Part shown: positions 46,101-58,100 of the stretch, in pieces
Layout: each line of letters begins with the position of its first letter
Position numbering within the stretch: the stretch's first letter is position 1
Assembly: GCF_030684315.1 (NCBI RefSeq)
Contig: NC_081354.1
Span: 16,610,226-16,674,225, forward strand
Source: Stegostoma tigrinum
Taxonomy: Eukaryota
Length of the DNA: 64,000 bases
Reading direction: 5' to 3'
Program-made: the position numbers and the translations under genes
Notes under the pieces: model-generated
Database searches by the model: none
Told to the model about the DNA's origin: nothing
Seen by the model: only the letters and a program-made list of their open reading frames with translations

Positions 46101-49100
46101 CCTAACCGGTTCTTCCTCTCACCCATCCCTTCCTCCCACCCATCCCTTCCTCCCACCCCAAGCCGCACCCCCATCTACCTACTAACCTCATCCCACCTCC
46201 TTGACCTGTCCGTCTTCCCTGGACTGACCTATCCCCTCCCTACCTCCCCACCTACACCCTCTCCACCTATCTTCTTTACTCTCCATCTTCGGTCCGCCTC
46301 CCCCTCTCTCCCTATTTATTCCAGTTCCCTCCCCCCATCCCCCTCTCTGATGAAGGGTCTAGGCCCGATTAGTTTAGTACTTCAGTTTTTTAAAAAAACA
46401 TTCAGAATAGCTGTGTATGTCTCATGTAAATAGAAAAAACTGATGGAAAGTTATTAGTCTAAAACACTTACATTTTCCACAGATGGTGCTTGACCTGCTG
46501 AATGTCTCTGGCATTTTTTCCAACATCAGTGGTATTAAGATATTTCAAAAGCTTAATTTAGAGCAAATAAAAATGTAGAGAAGTGTGAGACAGAGGTGGG
46601 AGGAACTGGTTTGCAGTTGAGTGGGAGAATGTGCAGAACTTCCTATGCATGAAGGTCCCCAAAAGTATAATAGAATAACTCCAACAAAAGCAAGCAAAAT
46701 AAATTTGAAAGCTGAGTATGATAATGCATCATAGATGCAGTATAATGTCAATATTTCTAAATTTGTCCATTTGGTAGGATAAAATAATGACTGACATAAT
46801 AAATTTTTTAATTGAGGATGGTGAATCTGTGGAATACTTTACCGCAGAAGATGCAATGGCCAAATCATTAATATATTTCAGAAAGAAATAGATTTCAAAG
46901 TGCTAAAGATTGCAGTTATGAAAAGAGTGGGAGTATGGCATTGAGAAAGAGGATCAGTCAGTGTCAGCACTATTAAACGGACAGTGATGATCCATCCCCA
47001 GCTCCCCCAGAGATTTCAATGTCCGAGGTATTTTTCCCAACATTGACTGGGATTCACTCAGTGTTAGCGGTCAAGATGGAGCAGAATTTGTAAGGTGTGT
47101 CCAGGAGGGTTTTCTAGAGCAGTATGTATGTAGTCCAACTCGGGAAGGGGCCATACTGGATCTGGTGCTGGGGAATGAACCTGGCCATGTGGTTGATATT
47201 ACAGTAGGGGACTAATTTGGAAATAGCGACCACAATTCTGTAAGTTTTACAATACTCATGGACAAGGATAGGAGTGGTCCTAAAGGAAGAGTACTAAACT
47301 GGGGGAAGGCCGACAATACCAAGATTTGGCGGGATCTGAGGAATGTAGATAGGGAGAAACTGTTTGAAGGTAAATCCACATTTGATATGTGGGAGGCTTT
47401 TACAGAGAGGTTGATTAGTGTGCAGGAGAGACATGTTCCTGTGAAAATGAGGAATAGAAAAAGCAAGATTAGGGAACCATGGATGACGGGTGAAATTGTG
47501 AGACTAGCCAAGAGAACAAACGGAAGCATACATGAGGTCTAGGCGACTGAAGACAGATGGAGCTTTGCAAGAATATCAGGAATGTACAGCGAATCTGAAA
47601 CGAGGGCTAAGAGAGGACATGTGATATTGCTGGCAAACATGGTTAAGGAAAATCCCAACGCCTTTTATTCATATATAAAGAGCAAGAGGGGAACTAGAGA
47701 AAGGATTGGCCCACGTAAGGACAAAGAAGGAAAGTTATGATTAGATTAGATTAGATTAGATTCCCTACAGTGTGGAAACAGGCCCTTCAGCCCAACAAGT
47801 CCACACAGCCCCTTGAAACATCCGACCCAGACCCAGGCCCATCCCCCTATAACCCACACACTCCTGAACACTACGGACAATTTAGCATGGCCAATCCACC
47901 CAGCCTGCACATCTTTGGACTGTGGGTGGAAACCAGAGCACCCGGAAGAAACCCACGCAGACACTGGGAGAATGTGCAAACTCCACACAGACAGTCGCCC
48001 GAGGCTAGAATTGAACCTGGGTCTCCGGTGCTGTGAGGCTGCAGTGCTAACCACTGAGCCACCCTCACATTCAATGGTGCTACCATCATTGAATCACACA
48101 CTATCAACATCCTGGGTGTTATCATTGACAATTCAACTGGGCTCACCACATAAACACAGTGGCTTCAAGAGCAGGCCAGAAGCTAGGAATACTATGGTAT
48201 CTATGTCACCTCCTGACCACTCAAAGCTTGTCCACCATCTAAGAACAAAGAACAAAGAAACCTACATCACAGAACAGGCCCTTCGGCCCTCCAAGCCTGG
48301 GCTGATCGAGATCCTCTGTCTAACCTGTCATCTATTTTCTAATGGTCTGTGTCCATTTGTTCCCTGCCCATCCATGTACCTGTCCAAATATATCTTAGAA
48401 GACGCTAATGTGTATGCGTCTACCACCTCCGCTGGCAACGCATTCCAGGCGTCCACCACCCTCTGTGTAAAGAACTTTCCATGCATATCTCCCTTAAACC
48501 TTCCTCCTCTCACTTGAACTCATGACCCCTAGTAATTGAATCCCCCACTCTGGGAAAAAGCTTTTTGCTATCCACCCTGTCTATACCCCTCATGATTTTG
48601 TAGACCTCAATCAGGTCCCCCTCAATCTCCATCTTTCTAATATGGAATTGTGGTCGCTATTTCCAAAGTAGTCCCCTACTATAGTATCAACTACCTGGAC
48701 GGATTCATTCCCCAGCACCAGGTCCACTATGGCCCCTTCGCAAATTGGATGACGTACATACTGCTCTAGAAAACCCTCCTGGACACACCTTACAGATTCT
48801 GCTCCGTCTTGACCCCTAACACTGAGTGAATCCCAGTCAATGTTGGGAAAATTAAAATCTCCCATCACCACCACCCTGTTTCTCCTACACCTTTCCATTA
48901 TCTGTTCACATGTTTGTGCCTCTATCTCATGCTCACTTTTGAGAGGCTTGTAGTACAGCTCCAACATTGTTACTGCATCCTTCCTATTTCTGAGATCTAC
49001 CCATATTGCCTCACTGCTTGAATCCTCCATGGGGCCCTCCTTCAGTGCAGCTGTGATATCGTCTTTGACCATTACTGCAACTCCTCCACCCTTTACCTCC

Positions 49101-52100
49101 CTCTGTATCCCACCTGAAGCATCGATATCCTGGGACAACTAGTTATGCCTGAGTCAGAGAAAATGGGTGACATTCTTAACGAGTACTTTGCATCGATATT
49201 CACCAAGGAGAGGGACATGACGGATGTTGAGGTTAGGGATAGATGTTTGCTTACTCTAGGTCAAGTTGACATAAGGAAGGAGGAAGTGTTAGGTATCCTA
49301 AAAGACTTTAAGTTGGACAAGTCCCCAGGTCCGGATTGGATCTATCCCAGGTTACTGAGGGAAGCGAGAGAGGAAATAGCCGGGGCCTTAACAGATATCT
49401 TTGCAGTGTCCTTAGACACGGGTGAAGTCCCAGAGGACTGGAGACTTGCTAATGTTGTCCCCTTGTTGAAGAAGGGTAGCAAGGATAATCCAGGTAATTA
49501 TTGACCAGTGAGCCTGACGTCAGTGGTAGGGAAGCTACTGGAGAAGACACTGAGGGATAGGATCTATTCCCATTTGGAAGAAAATGGGCTTATCAGTGAT
49601 AGGCAACATGGTTTTCTGCAGGGAAGGTCATGTCTTACCAACTTAATAGAATTCTTTGAGGACATGACAAAGTTGATTGATGAGGGAAAGGCTGTAGATG
49701 TCATATACATGGACTTCATTAAGGTGTTTGATAAGGTTCCCCATGGCAGGCTGATGGAGAAAGTGAAGTCACATGGGGTCCAGGGTGTGCTAGGTAGATG
49801 GATTAAAAAACTGGCTAGGCAACAGGAGACAGAGGGTAGTAGTAGAGGGATTTTCTCAAATTGGAGACCTGTGACCAGTGGTGTTCCACAGGGAGCTGTG
49901 CTGGGACCACTGTTGTTTGTGATATATGTAAATGATCTGGAGGAAGGTGTAGGTGGTCTGATCAGCAAGTTTGCTGATGACACTAAGATTGGTGGAGTAG
50001 CTGATAGTGAAGGGGACTGTCAGAGATTACAGCAGAGCATAGATAGACTGGAGAGTTGGGCAGATAAATGGCAGATGGACTTCAATCCGGGCAAATGCGA
50101 GATGATGCGTTTTGGAAGATCAAATTTAAAGGCGAACTATACAGTAAATGGAAAAGTCCTAGGGAACACAGAGATCTGGGTGTTCAGGTCCATTGTTCCC
50201 TGAAGGTGACAACGCAGGTCAATAGGGTGGTCAAAAAGGCATATGGCATGCTTTCCTTCATTGGGCGGGGTATTGAGTACAAGAGTTGGCAGGTCATGTT
50301 GCACTTGTATAGGATTTTGGTTCGGCCACATTTGGAGTACTTTGTGTTGTTCTGGTCGCCACGTTACCAAAAGGATGAGGATGCTTTGGAGAGGGTGCAG
50401 AGGAGGTTCACCAGGATGTTGCCTGGCATGGAGGGTGCTCGCTATGAAGAGAGGTTGAGTAGATTAGGAGTATTTTCATTAGAAAGACGGAGATTGAGGG
50501 GGGACCTGATTGAGGTCTACAAAATCATGAGGGGTATAGACAGGGTGGATAGCAAAAAGCTTTTTCCCCAGAGTGGGGGACTCAATTACTAGGGGTCATG
50601 AGTTCAAAGTGAGAGGAGGAAAGTTTAAGGGAGATATGCGTGGAAAGTTCTTTACACAGAGGGTGGTGGGTGCCTGGAATGCGTTGCCAGCGGAGGTGGT
50701 AGACGCAGACACGTTAGCGTCTTTTAAGATATATTTGGACAGGTACATGGGTGGGCAGGGAACAAATGGACACAGACCCTTAGAAAATAGATTACAGGTT
50801 AGACAGAGGGTCTTGATCGGCGCAAGCTTGGAGGGCCGAAGGGCCTGTTCCTGTGCTGTAGGTTTCTTTGTTCTTTGTATAAGTCTTCAGTCAATTTGAA
50901 TCACTTCATGTGATATAAAAACACTGGAGGCACTGGATATTGCAAAGGCTGTGGGCTTTGACAACCATAGCACTGAAGACGTGCTCTAGAACTTGCTGTG
51001 CCCACTACCTGCAAAGATGTTCGAGGACAGTTACAAAACCAGCATTTGCCCGATCAATGTGAAAAATCATCAAGTTACATCCTGTAATCGGGGAATGGTC
51101 TCCTCTGGTTGGAATTATGTGTATCACAGAGGAAGATGATTTGATTGAAGGTTAACCATCTCAGCCTTTGGACATCTCTGCAGGAGATCCTCAGTAGGTG
51201 TTCTTGGACCAGCCATCTTTAGCTGCTTCCTCAATGACCTTCTTTCCATCATAATGTCAGAAGTGAAGATGTCTACTGGACAGTGTTCAGCACCATTTGT
51301 CACAGATACCGAAGCAACAAGATGACAGAATGTTTGAGCTGACAAATGGCAATTACCATTTGTGTCGGGCACATCTTAAGGGTTGTCATTGTGCAGAAAC
51401 TGACCTGGGATTGGCTAGGTACAAATGAAATGGCTACAAAACTGGATCCAGGCTAGGAAGCCTGCACAGAGTAAATCATCTCCCAACTCCCGAAAGTCTG
51501 TCCATCATCTGCAAGGCACAAGTCAGGAATGTAGTGGCATACTCCCCACTTGGCTAGATGAGTGCAGCTCCAATAACACTCAAGTCTCATCATTCAACAT
51601 CCAGCAACCCACCTCTTGACTGACATTTACATACAAAGATCGATTGCATTCATTCTGACACAGTAAGAGCAGTGTGTGCTATCTACAAGGTGCACTGCAG
51701 AAATTCACCAAGCCTCCTTAGTACCTTTTTCTAATTTAAGACCACTACCGTGTTGATGGCTGTGGGATCACCAACACCTGCGAGTTCCTTCCAAGCCACT
51801 CGCCATCTTGACTTGGAAATGTATTGCCATTCCTTTGCTGTCGCTGAGTAAAGATCCTGGAATTCCCTTCTTATTGTTTGTCTCCTGACCTTCAGTTAGA
51901 TTATTGTAGTTCAAGAAGGCAGCTGCTTTCTCAAAGGCAACGAGAAGTAGGCAATAAATATTGGGCAAGCCAGACGCGCACACACACTTACCCACACACT
52001 AGGAATAAATTAAAAGGAAAAAGCAGATTACAAAATGACTGGATTAGTGAGATCATCAAGCCACCCTCAAATTGTGTTGATCTGTTTGTCATTGACTTCC

Positions 52101-55100
52101 CTCAGTCTTGTGTTGGCACATAAATCTGTTCCTCATGGTCCACAACTTCCTGTTGTAAAACTTGGATGCAGTATCCCTAGCACATCAGTTCTGTTCATCT
52201 CCATTTTAAGCAATACACAAAGTGGTTAATGGGTGAACTGAGTACTGGACCTACATTCCTTTCTGTCAACTTTCTCTGATATAAAGGTCCAGACCTGCCT
52301 TATGAGAACTGCTGATTTCTGAGAGAGACAGTGATGATCTGGCCGTTGGGCTAGAGCACAATCTCAGCAAAACTTACAAAGCAGTATTTGCTGATTAATC
52401 TTCCATTATGCTTTCCCTCCTGTGACTTTGTGAATGTGATCTTTCTCCTAGAAGCGTGTATATGGGCTTGAGATCGATATGACAGGTCGGCACAACATTG
52501 AGGGCCGAAGGGCCTGTACTGTGCTGTTATGTTCTATGTTCTATATCAGAATTGAGGGAAGGGGAAATGCGGCTTAAGTGGAAGAGCACAGATGTGATGT
52601 TACAACCCAGATTTGATTGAGATTCATGTTGACTACAATGATTTAATTTCCTCATCAAAAGTTTCCTTTTATGATACTTGCATCTTGTGATTAGGAAATG
52701 TACTCATCGTGGTCAACATGAATTAAGTAGTTAAGGCTATTGCAAATGTCTCAACAGTTCTTAGATCCTCTTACTGTTGAGTGGTCTGGTTAATCTTAGA
52801 GTGAAAGTTTCAGAATCATTTTCACATCATGCTTCCCTCACTGCAGATATGTCAGCATCATATGGCGACTTGAGGGCAGTGTTCTTGAATTCTTGTTCTG
52901 TAATAGCAACTGACTGAGAGAACTGGGTCATGTAACCCTCACTAAGTTTTTCTCACAACCAGAGGAGGAGATATTGCCTCAAGTTTGTCCTTTCTTAATA
53001 AATTCTCTGCGATTCATCAGTTCCGTTCAGTAACGTTGACTCATGTTGAACTACCTTTTGGATGAGATGATAAATTGATACACCATGCAAGCTTATTTCA
53101 TTGCCGTAAGACCCTGAGGAGCAGAAGCAGATCATTGAGTCAACTCCATCATTCAGTTAGTTCATGGCTGATTTGATAATCTTCAAGTCCACTTTCCTGC
53201 TTGAACCCTTAGCTCCATTATTGGTTTAAAAACCTGTCTATCTCAGTTTAGAATATACTTAACCATCCAGCTTATTCAGTCTTCGTAAGAAGTTTGCTCT
53301 GAGAAGAAATTCCTCCTTGTTTATCTTAAATGCGGGCTTCATATTTTAAGATAGTGTCCAGAACAGAGGACACACCCACGAGAGGAAACTTCCTTTCAGC
53401 ATCTATCCCATCAAGCCCCCAAAGAATCCTGTATGTCTCAACAAGGCTGCCTCTCATTCTTCTGAGCCTCACTGAGCAAGGGCCAACCTACCTTACCTTT
53501 TTTTAGAATACCAGTATGTTTTGCCTTAGAAAAGGGGACCAGACTGTTGACCGTATTCTAGTCATGGTTTAACTATTGGTTTTAACTAGATTTGCTGTTT
53601 CTAATTGTCCTGTTAAAATACTTCTCTAATGTCTTCCCTCTAACAATCTTTCTAAAATTTGATTAAAGGTTTCCCCTGAAACGACCAGAGCTGTGTAAGA
53701 AATGGTTGGCTGCAGTAAGGAGACGTAATTTTACACCCACCAAAAACAGCAATCTTTGCTCAGAACATTTCACGTTGGACTGCTTTAGAAAGAACTGTAA
53801 CAACAAAATACTGGAAGAAAATGCTGTGCCATCCATATTCTGCTTTACCCGACCAAATCAACAATCAAAGGTACTTTTTTTTATTCCAATACAATGTTAG
53901 TTGATTATTGTTTCTAACTTGCAATGTAGCACTGTTTTAGTTGCACACGATACAATCTATTAGATGCTCTCTTGCTTTATCCACAGTAGTTCTGTGAAGT
54001 ATAATGATGTATCATGTTAAATTGCCAACCTCAGACATTTGATACAAATAGCCATGAAATGAGTTATCAGTTAACCTGTTTTTGGTGTTTAATTGAAAAA
54101 TTGTTGGCCAGAGCACTGTAATAGTGTTCTACTCTTTGAATATTATCGTTCAGTATTTAACACTTAGCTGAATGATCAGAATAGAGAAATGAAGTCTTGT
54201 TTTAATAGCTGGGAATCTTGTGCCCTGCCAGTTCTTTGAACTTTTCCTGAATCTTTGAACTTAAACCCTTTAAACACATTTTTGTGAACGTATGTTGATA
54301 ACAGAATATTTATGACTTTAAAGAGCAACAGAAACATCATAGCTAACCAGATTTAAGATTGAGAAATAAATGGTGGAAGAAAGATGAATTGGAATAGTTG
54401 AATTTAAGAGGTATAGAAAGATAAACAATGAAAAGTTAGATTTAGTGAAAGTAGGGGAGAGGATAGAAAGTAAAAGTATTGACATTTATACTGGTGAGTA
54501 TATGTGCCTTTTAAGAGGGATTTGGTCTGTGCTGTTTCTTTTGTAGATGGGCGTTGCCAGTGGTGGTGGAATGGCTGCTTCAGAAGCTCTGGGTAAACAG
54601 CTTTGAGCTCCCAGAGTGTTTTTTTAAATTAAAAAAAAGAAGAATGAGTGACTAGAGTCAGGCTCTCAGACCGAGAGTTTTAGTTTTGCTTTTAGTTTAA
54701 GTTGGGGTTTGAAGCTGATAGCTACAGTTTGCTGTATCTGCTGCTAGATAAGAACACTGAAAGAAACTTCCTCTTGGGCTGGAGGAGATAGCAGGTGAGA
54801 AGAATGTGTTTTGCTGAATTTGTCTTTGCCAAGGGTGTATTTATGGGGTGCTGCTATGTTGGATCAATTGATGATGAGTAGTTAAATAATATCACTTTAC
54901 TCATTATTTTAACAGTTATACCAATTTTTTTGTTTGTATTTTAACTGTGTTGTAAGAAGTGTTTTTACTTAAACCTTGTAATGCTCCAGTCAAATCATTA
55001 CTGGAACACATTGCCTTACGCATGTCTTTTAGATAAGATAAAAGTTGGGCTTGAGGCTATCTCATTGATATATTTTGAGGTGGTTTGGTCATATCAATAA

Positions 55101-58100
55101 CAATACACTTGAGTTGTTCAATTTCTGGGCCAGAGGAGTTGGTTAATAATGACTTAGTCTACCCGGTTGATAATGAAATAACTATTTCATGGAGTTTTAA
55201 CTTTTTTCAATGGGAGAGGGAGTGGAAATGGTTTGCGACTGGGAGGTGCAGTTGTTTGTTGCGAACTGAGCGGAGGTGTTCTGCAAAGCGGTCTCCAAGC
55301 CTCCGCTTGGTTTCCCCAATGTAGAGGAAGCCACACCGGGTACAGTGGATGCAGTATACCACATTGGCAGATGTGCAGGTGAACCTCTGCTTAATGTGGT
55401 ATACTGCATCCACTGTACCCGGTGTGGCTTCCTCTACATTGGGGAAACCAAGCGGAGGCTTGGAGGCCGCTTCGCAGAACACCTCCGCTCAGTTCGCAAC
55501 AAACAACTGCACCTCCCAGTCGCAAACCATTTCCACTCCCCCTCCCATTCTTTAGATGACATGTCCATCATGGGCCTCCTGCAGTGCCACAATGATGCCA
55601 CCCGAAGGTTGCAGGAACAGCAACTCCTATTCCGCCTGGGAACCCTGCAGCCTAATGGTATCAATGTGGACTTCACCAGTTTCAAAATCTCCCCTTCCCC
55701 AACTGCATCCCTAAACCAGCCCAGTTCGTCCCCTCCCCCCACTGCACCACACAACCAGTCCAACCTGTCTCTGCCTCCCTAACCTGTTCTTCCTCTCACC
55801 CATCCCTTCCCCCCACCCCAAGCCGCACCCCCATCTACTTACTAACCTCATCCCACCTCCTTGACCTGTCAGTCTTCCCTGGACTGACCTATCCCCACCT
55901 ATACTCTCTCCACCTATCTTCTTTTCCCTCCATCTTCGGTCCGCCTCCCCCTCTCCCTATTTATTCCAGAACCCTCACCCCATCCCCCTCTCTGATGAAG
56001 GGTCTAGGCCCGAAACGTCAGCTTTTGTGCTCCTGAGATGCTGCTTGGCCTGCTGTGTTCCTCCAGCCTCACGTTTTATTATCTTTGATTCTCCAGCATC
56101 TGCAGTTCCTATTATCACTTATACACTTTGTACTGCATTTGCCAATCATTATGCAAATCACACTGAAACATCTTTACATCATTTTCACAGCTCACCCTCC
56201 CAGCCAGCTTTGACACCTGCAAATTTAGAGCTATTATGTTTTGTTCCCTTATACAAACCATTAATATATATTGTGCATAGCTGGGGTCCTAGCAATGATC
56301 CCTGTTGTAGTCAGTGCCTGCCATTCAGAAAAAGACTCCTTTTACTCCTCCTTTGTTTTCACTCTGCCAGCCAGTTTACTACACTGAAGCTCATGTGCTT
56401 TAATTTTACATACTTGGTCTTCTTGCAGCTGTTGAAATCCAAATAACCTACATCTACTATTGGCACCCCCTCATCAGTTTTCCTAATTACATTCTTAGAA
56501 CACAGAACATAGAAAAGTACAGCACAGTACAGGCCCTTCGGCCCACGATGTTGTGTCGTGGAATAATCCTAATCCCAAAATAAAGTAACCTAACCTACAT
56601 TCCCCTCAATTCACTGCTGTCCATGTGCATGTCCAGCAGTCGCTTAAATGTCACTAATGACTCCGCTTCCACGACTACCACTGGTAAACTATTCCATGCG
56701 CTCACAACTCTCTGGGTGAAGAACCTCCCTCTGACGTCTCCTCTATACCTTCTTCCGAACACTTTAAAACTATGACCTCTCATGGCAGTCAATCCTGCCC
56801 TGGGGAAAAGTCTCTGGCTATCGAAGCATTCCAGTTGATTTGTCAAACATGATTTTCCCTTTGTAAATCTAAGCTGGCTCTATCAGATACTGCAACTGTT
56901 TTCCAAATGCTAAGCTAGTAATTCTCTTATTCAGGCGGTCCCTGATTCAACAATGTATGACTTGCAAACTCTCGTACTTACAAGATCCTATACGAGAGTG
57001 TGTTAATTTAAAAAATCTGACATGCGAACGTTTCCCCATACTTATTAAGTTATTTTATAATGCTCCATATTGTGTTCTAAGTTCTGAATGTTGGAAGCCA
57101 TGCCTTTAGCTAATTATATCTCTTTAAAGTCGAAAAGGGGTGATTGCCTCATCTGTAGCTGCTTGTATCTCTTTTGATCACTCTTTTTGAATTGAGATTA
57201 TGTTAAGGCAATGGCCTAGCGGTATTCTTGCCAGACTGTGAATCCAGAGCTCCAGGTAACATTCCGGGAACCTGGGTTTGAATCCTGCCATGGCAGATGG
57301 TGGAATTTGAATTCAATAAGAATCTGCAATTAAGAGCCTAATGGTGGCCGTGAATCCATTGTCGATTGTTGGAAAAACTCATCTGGTTCACTAATGACCT
57401 TTTTAGGGAAGGAAACTGCCATCCTTACCTGGTCTGGCCTACAAGTGACTCCAGACTCTCAGCAATGTGGTCGACTATGACTATGAACTGCCCTCTGGGC
57501 AATTAGGGATGGGCAATAAATGCTGCCTGGCCAGTAATGTCTTGTCCCATGAATGAATTTTTTAAAAAAAAGCTGTTCCAGTGTTCACTCACTTCCACAA
57601 CACTTAAAGCCTTCATTATGCATGCACACATTCTTTATGATGCATCAGGATTTGATGCAACAGAACAATGCAGAAATTAAACATTCTCATTCTTTGATTA
57701 AAATCTGTTGATGTGGTTGAACAGAAAAGCCAAACCTTGAATTCAAATGCTTACATTTGGGTTAGATGACACATGCCATAAAATGTGCTGTTAATTGTAT
57801 GTTAACTTGTGTGGCATGCTATATTTTAATATTTTGAAGTCTGGCTGGATGAGAAGTTTGTGGTTTGAGAAGTTTACTGTAGTAGATTTATTACAAAAAT
57901 GACTCCAACTTTAGATTTACTGTCATCATATATTAAATATTCCAAGCTGTTAATCTAATAATCATTTTGTATTGATAGAAATTAGAAATACCAATGACAA
58001 GTAACCAACCTAATGCAGAAGAAATAACAGAGGACACCGCACTGAAACAAGCACATGGTTTGCTAACTGTTTATGATCACAGCTATAGTGTCGGTGATGC

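Larger units (their letters stand above)
46990..50877 (+). mobile_element. CR1-clade LINE ORF2 (APE endonuclease end, RT, 3' tail), disrupted and split by a 1.4-kb block
   Basis: [51 protein letters not shown]; stops and frameshifts present. Confidence 0.92.

Noticed and set aside
44616-46185. Long mirrored ORFs (319 and 345 aa) as protein-coding genes
   Set aside because: They start at TTG and cross the palindrome centre. The first ~70 aa are antisense PLE sequence; only the GIY-YIG half is genuine, and it is 5'-truncated with no RT.
37039-46366. Palindromes as sequencing or assembly fold-back artefacts
   Set aside because: Flanking 13-bp TSDs, unequal arm lengths and small arm differences favour real insertions, though raw reads should still confirm.
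49145-50899. Active CR1 ORF2
   Set aside because: Stop codon near 49502, frameshifts, 5' truncation and an internal insertion.
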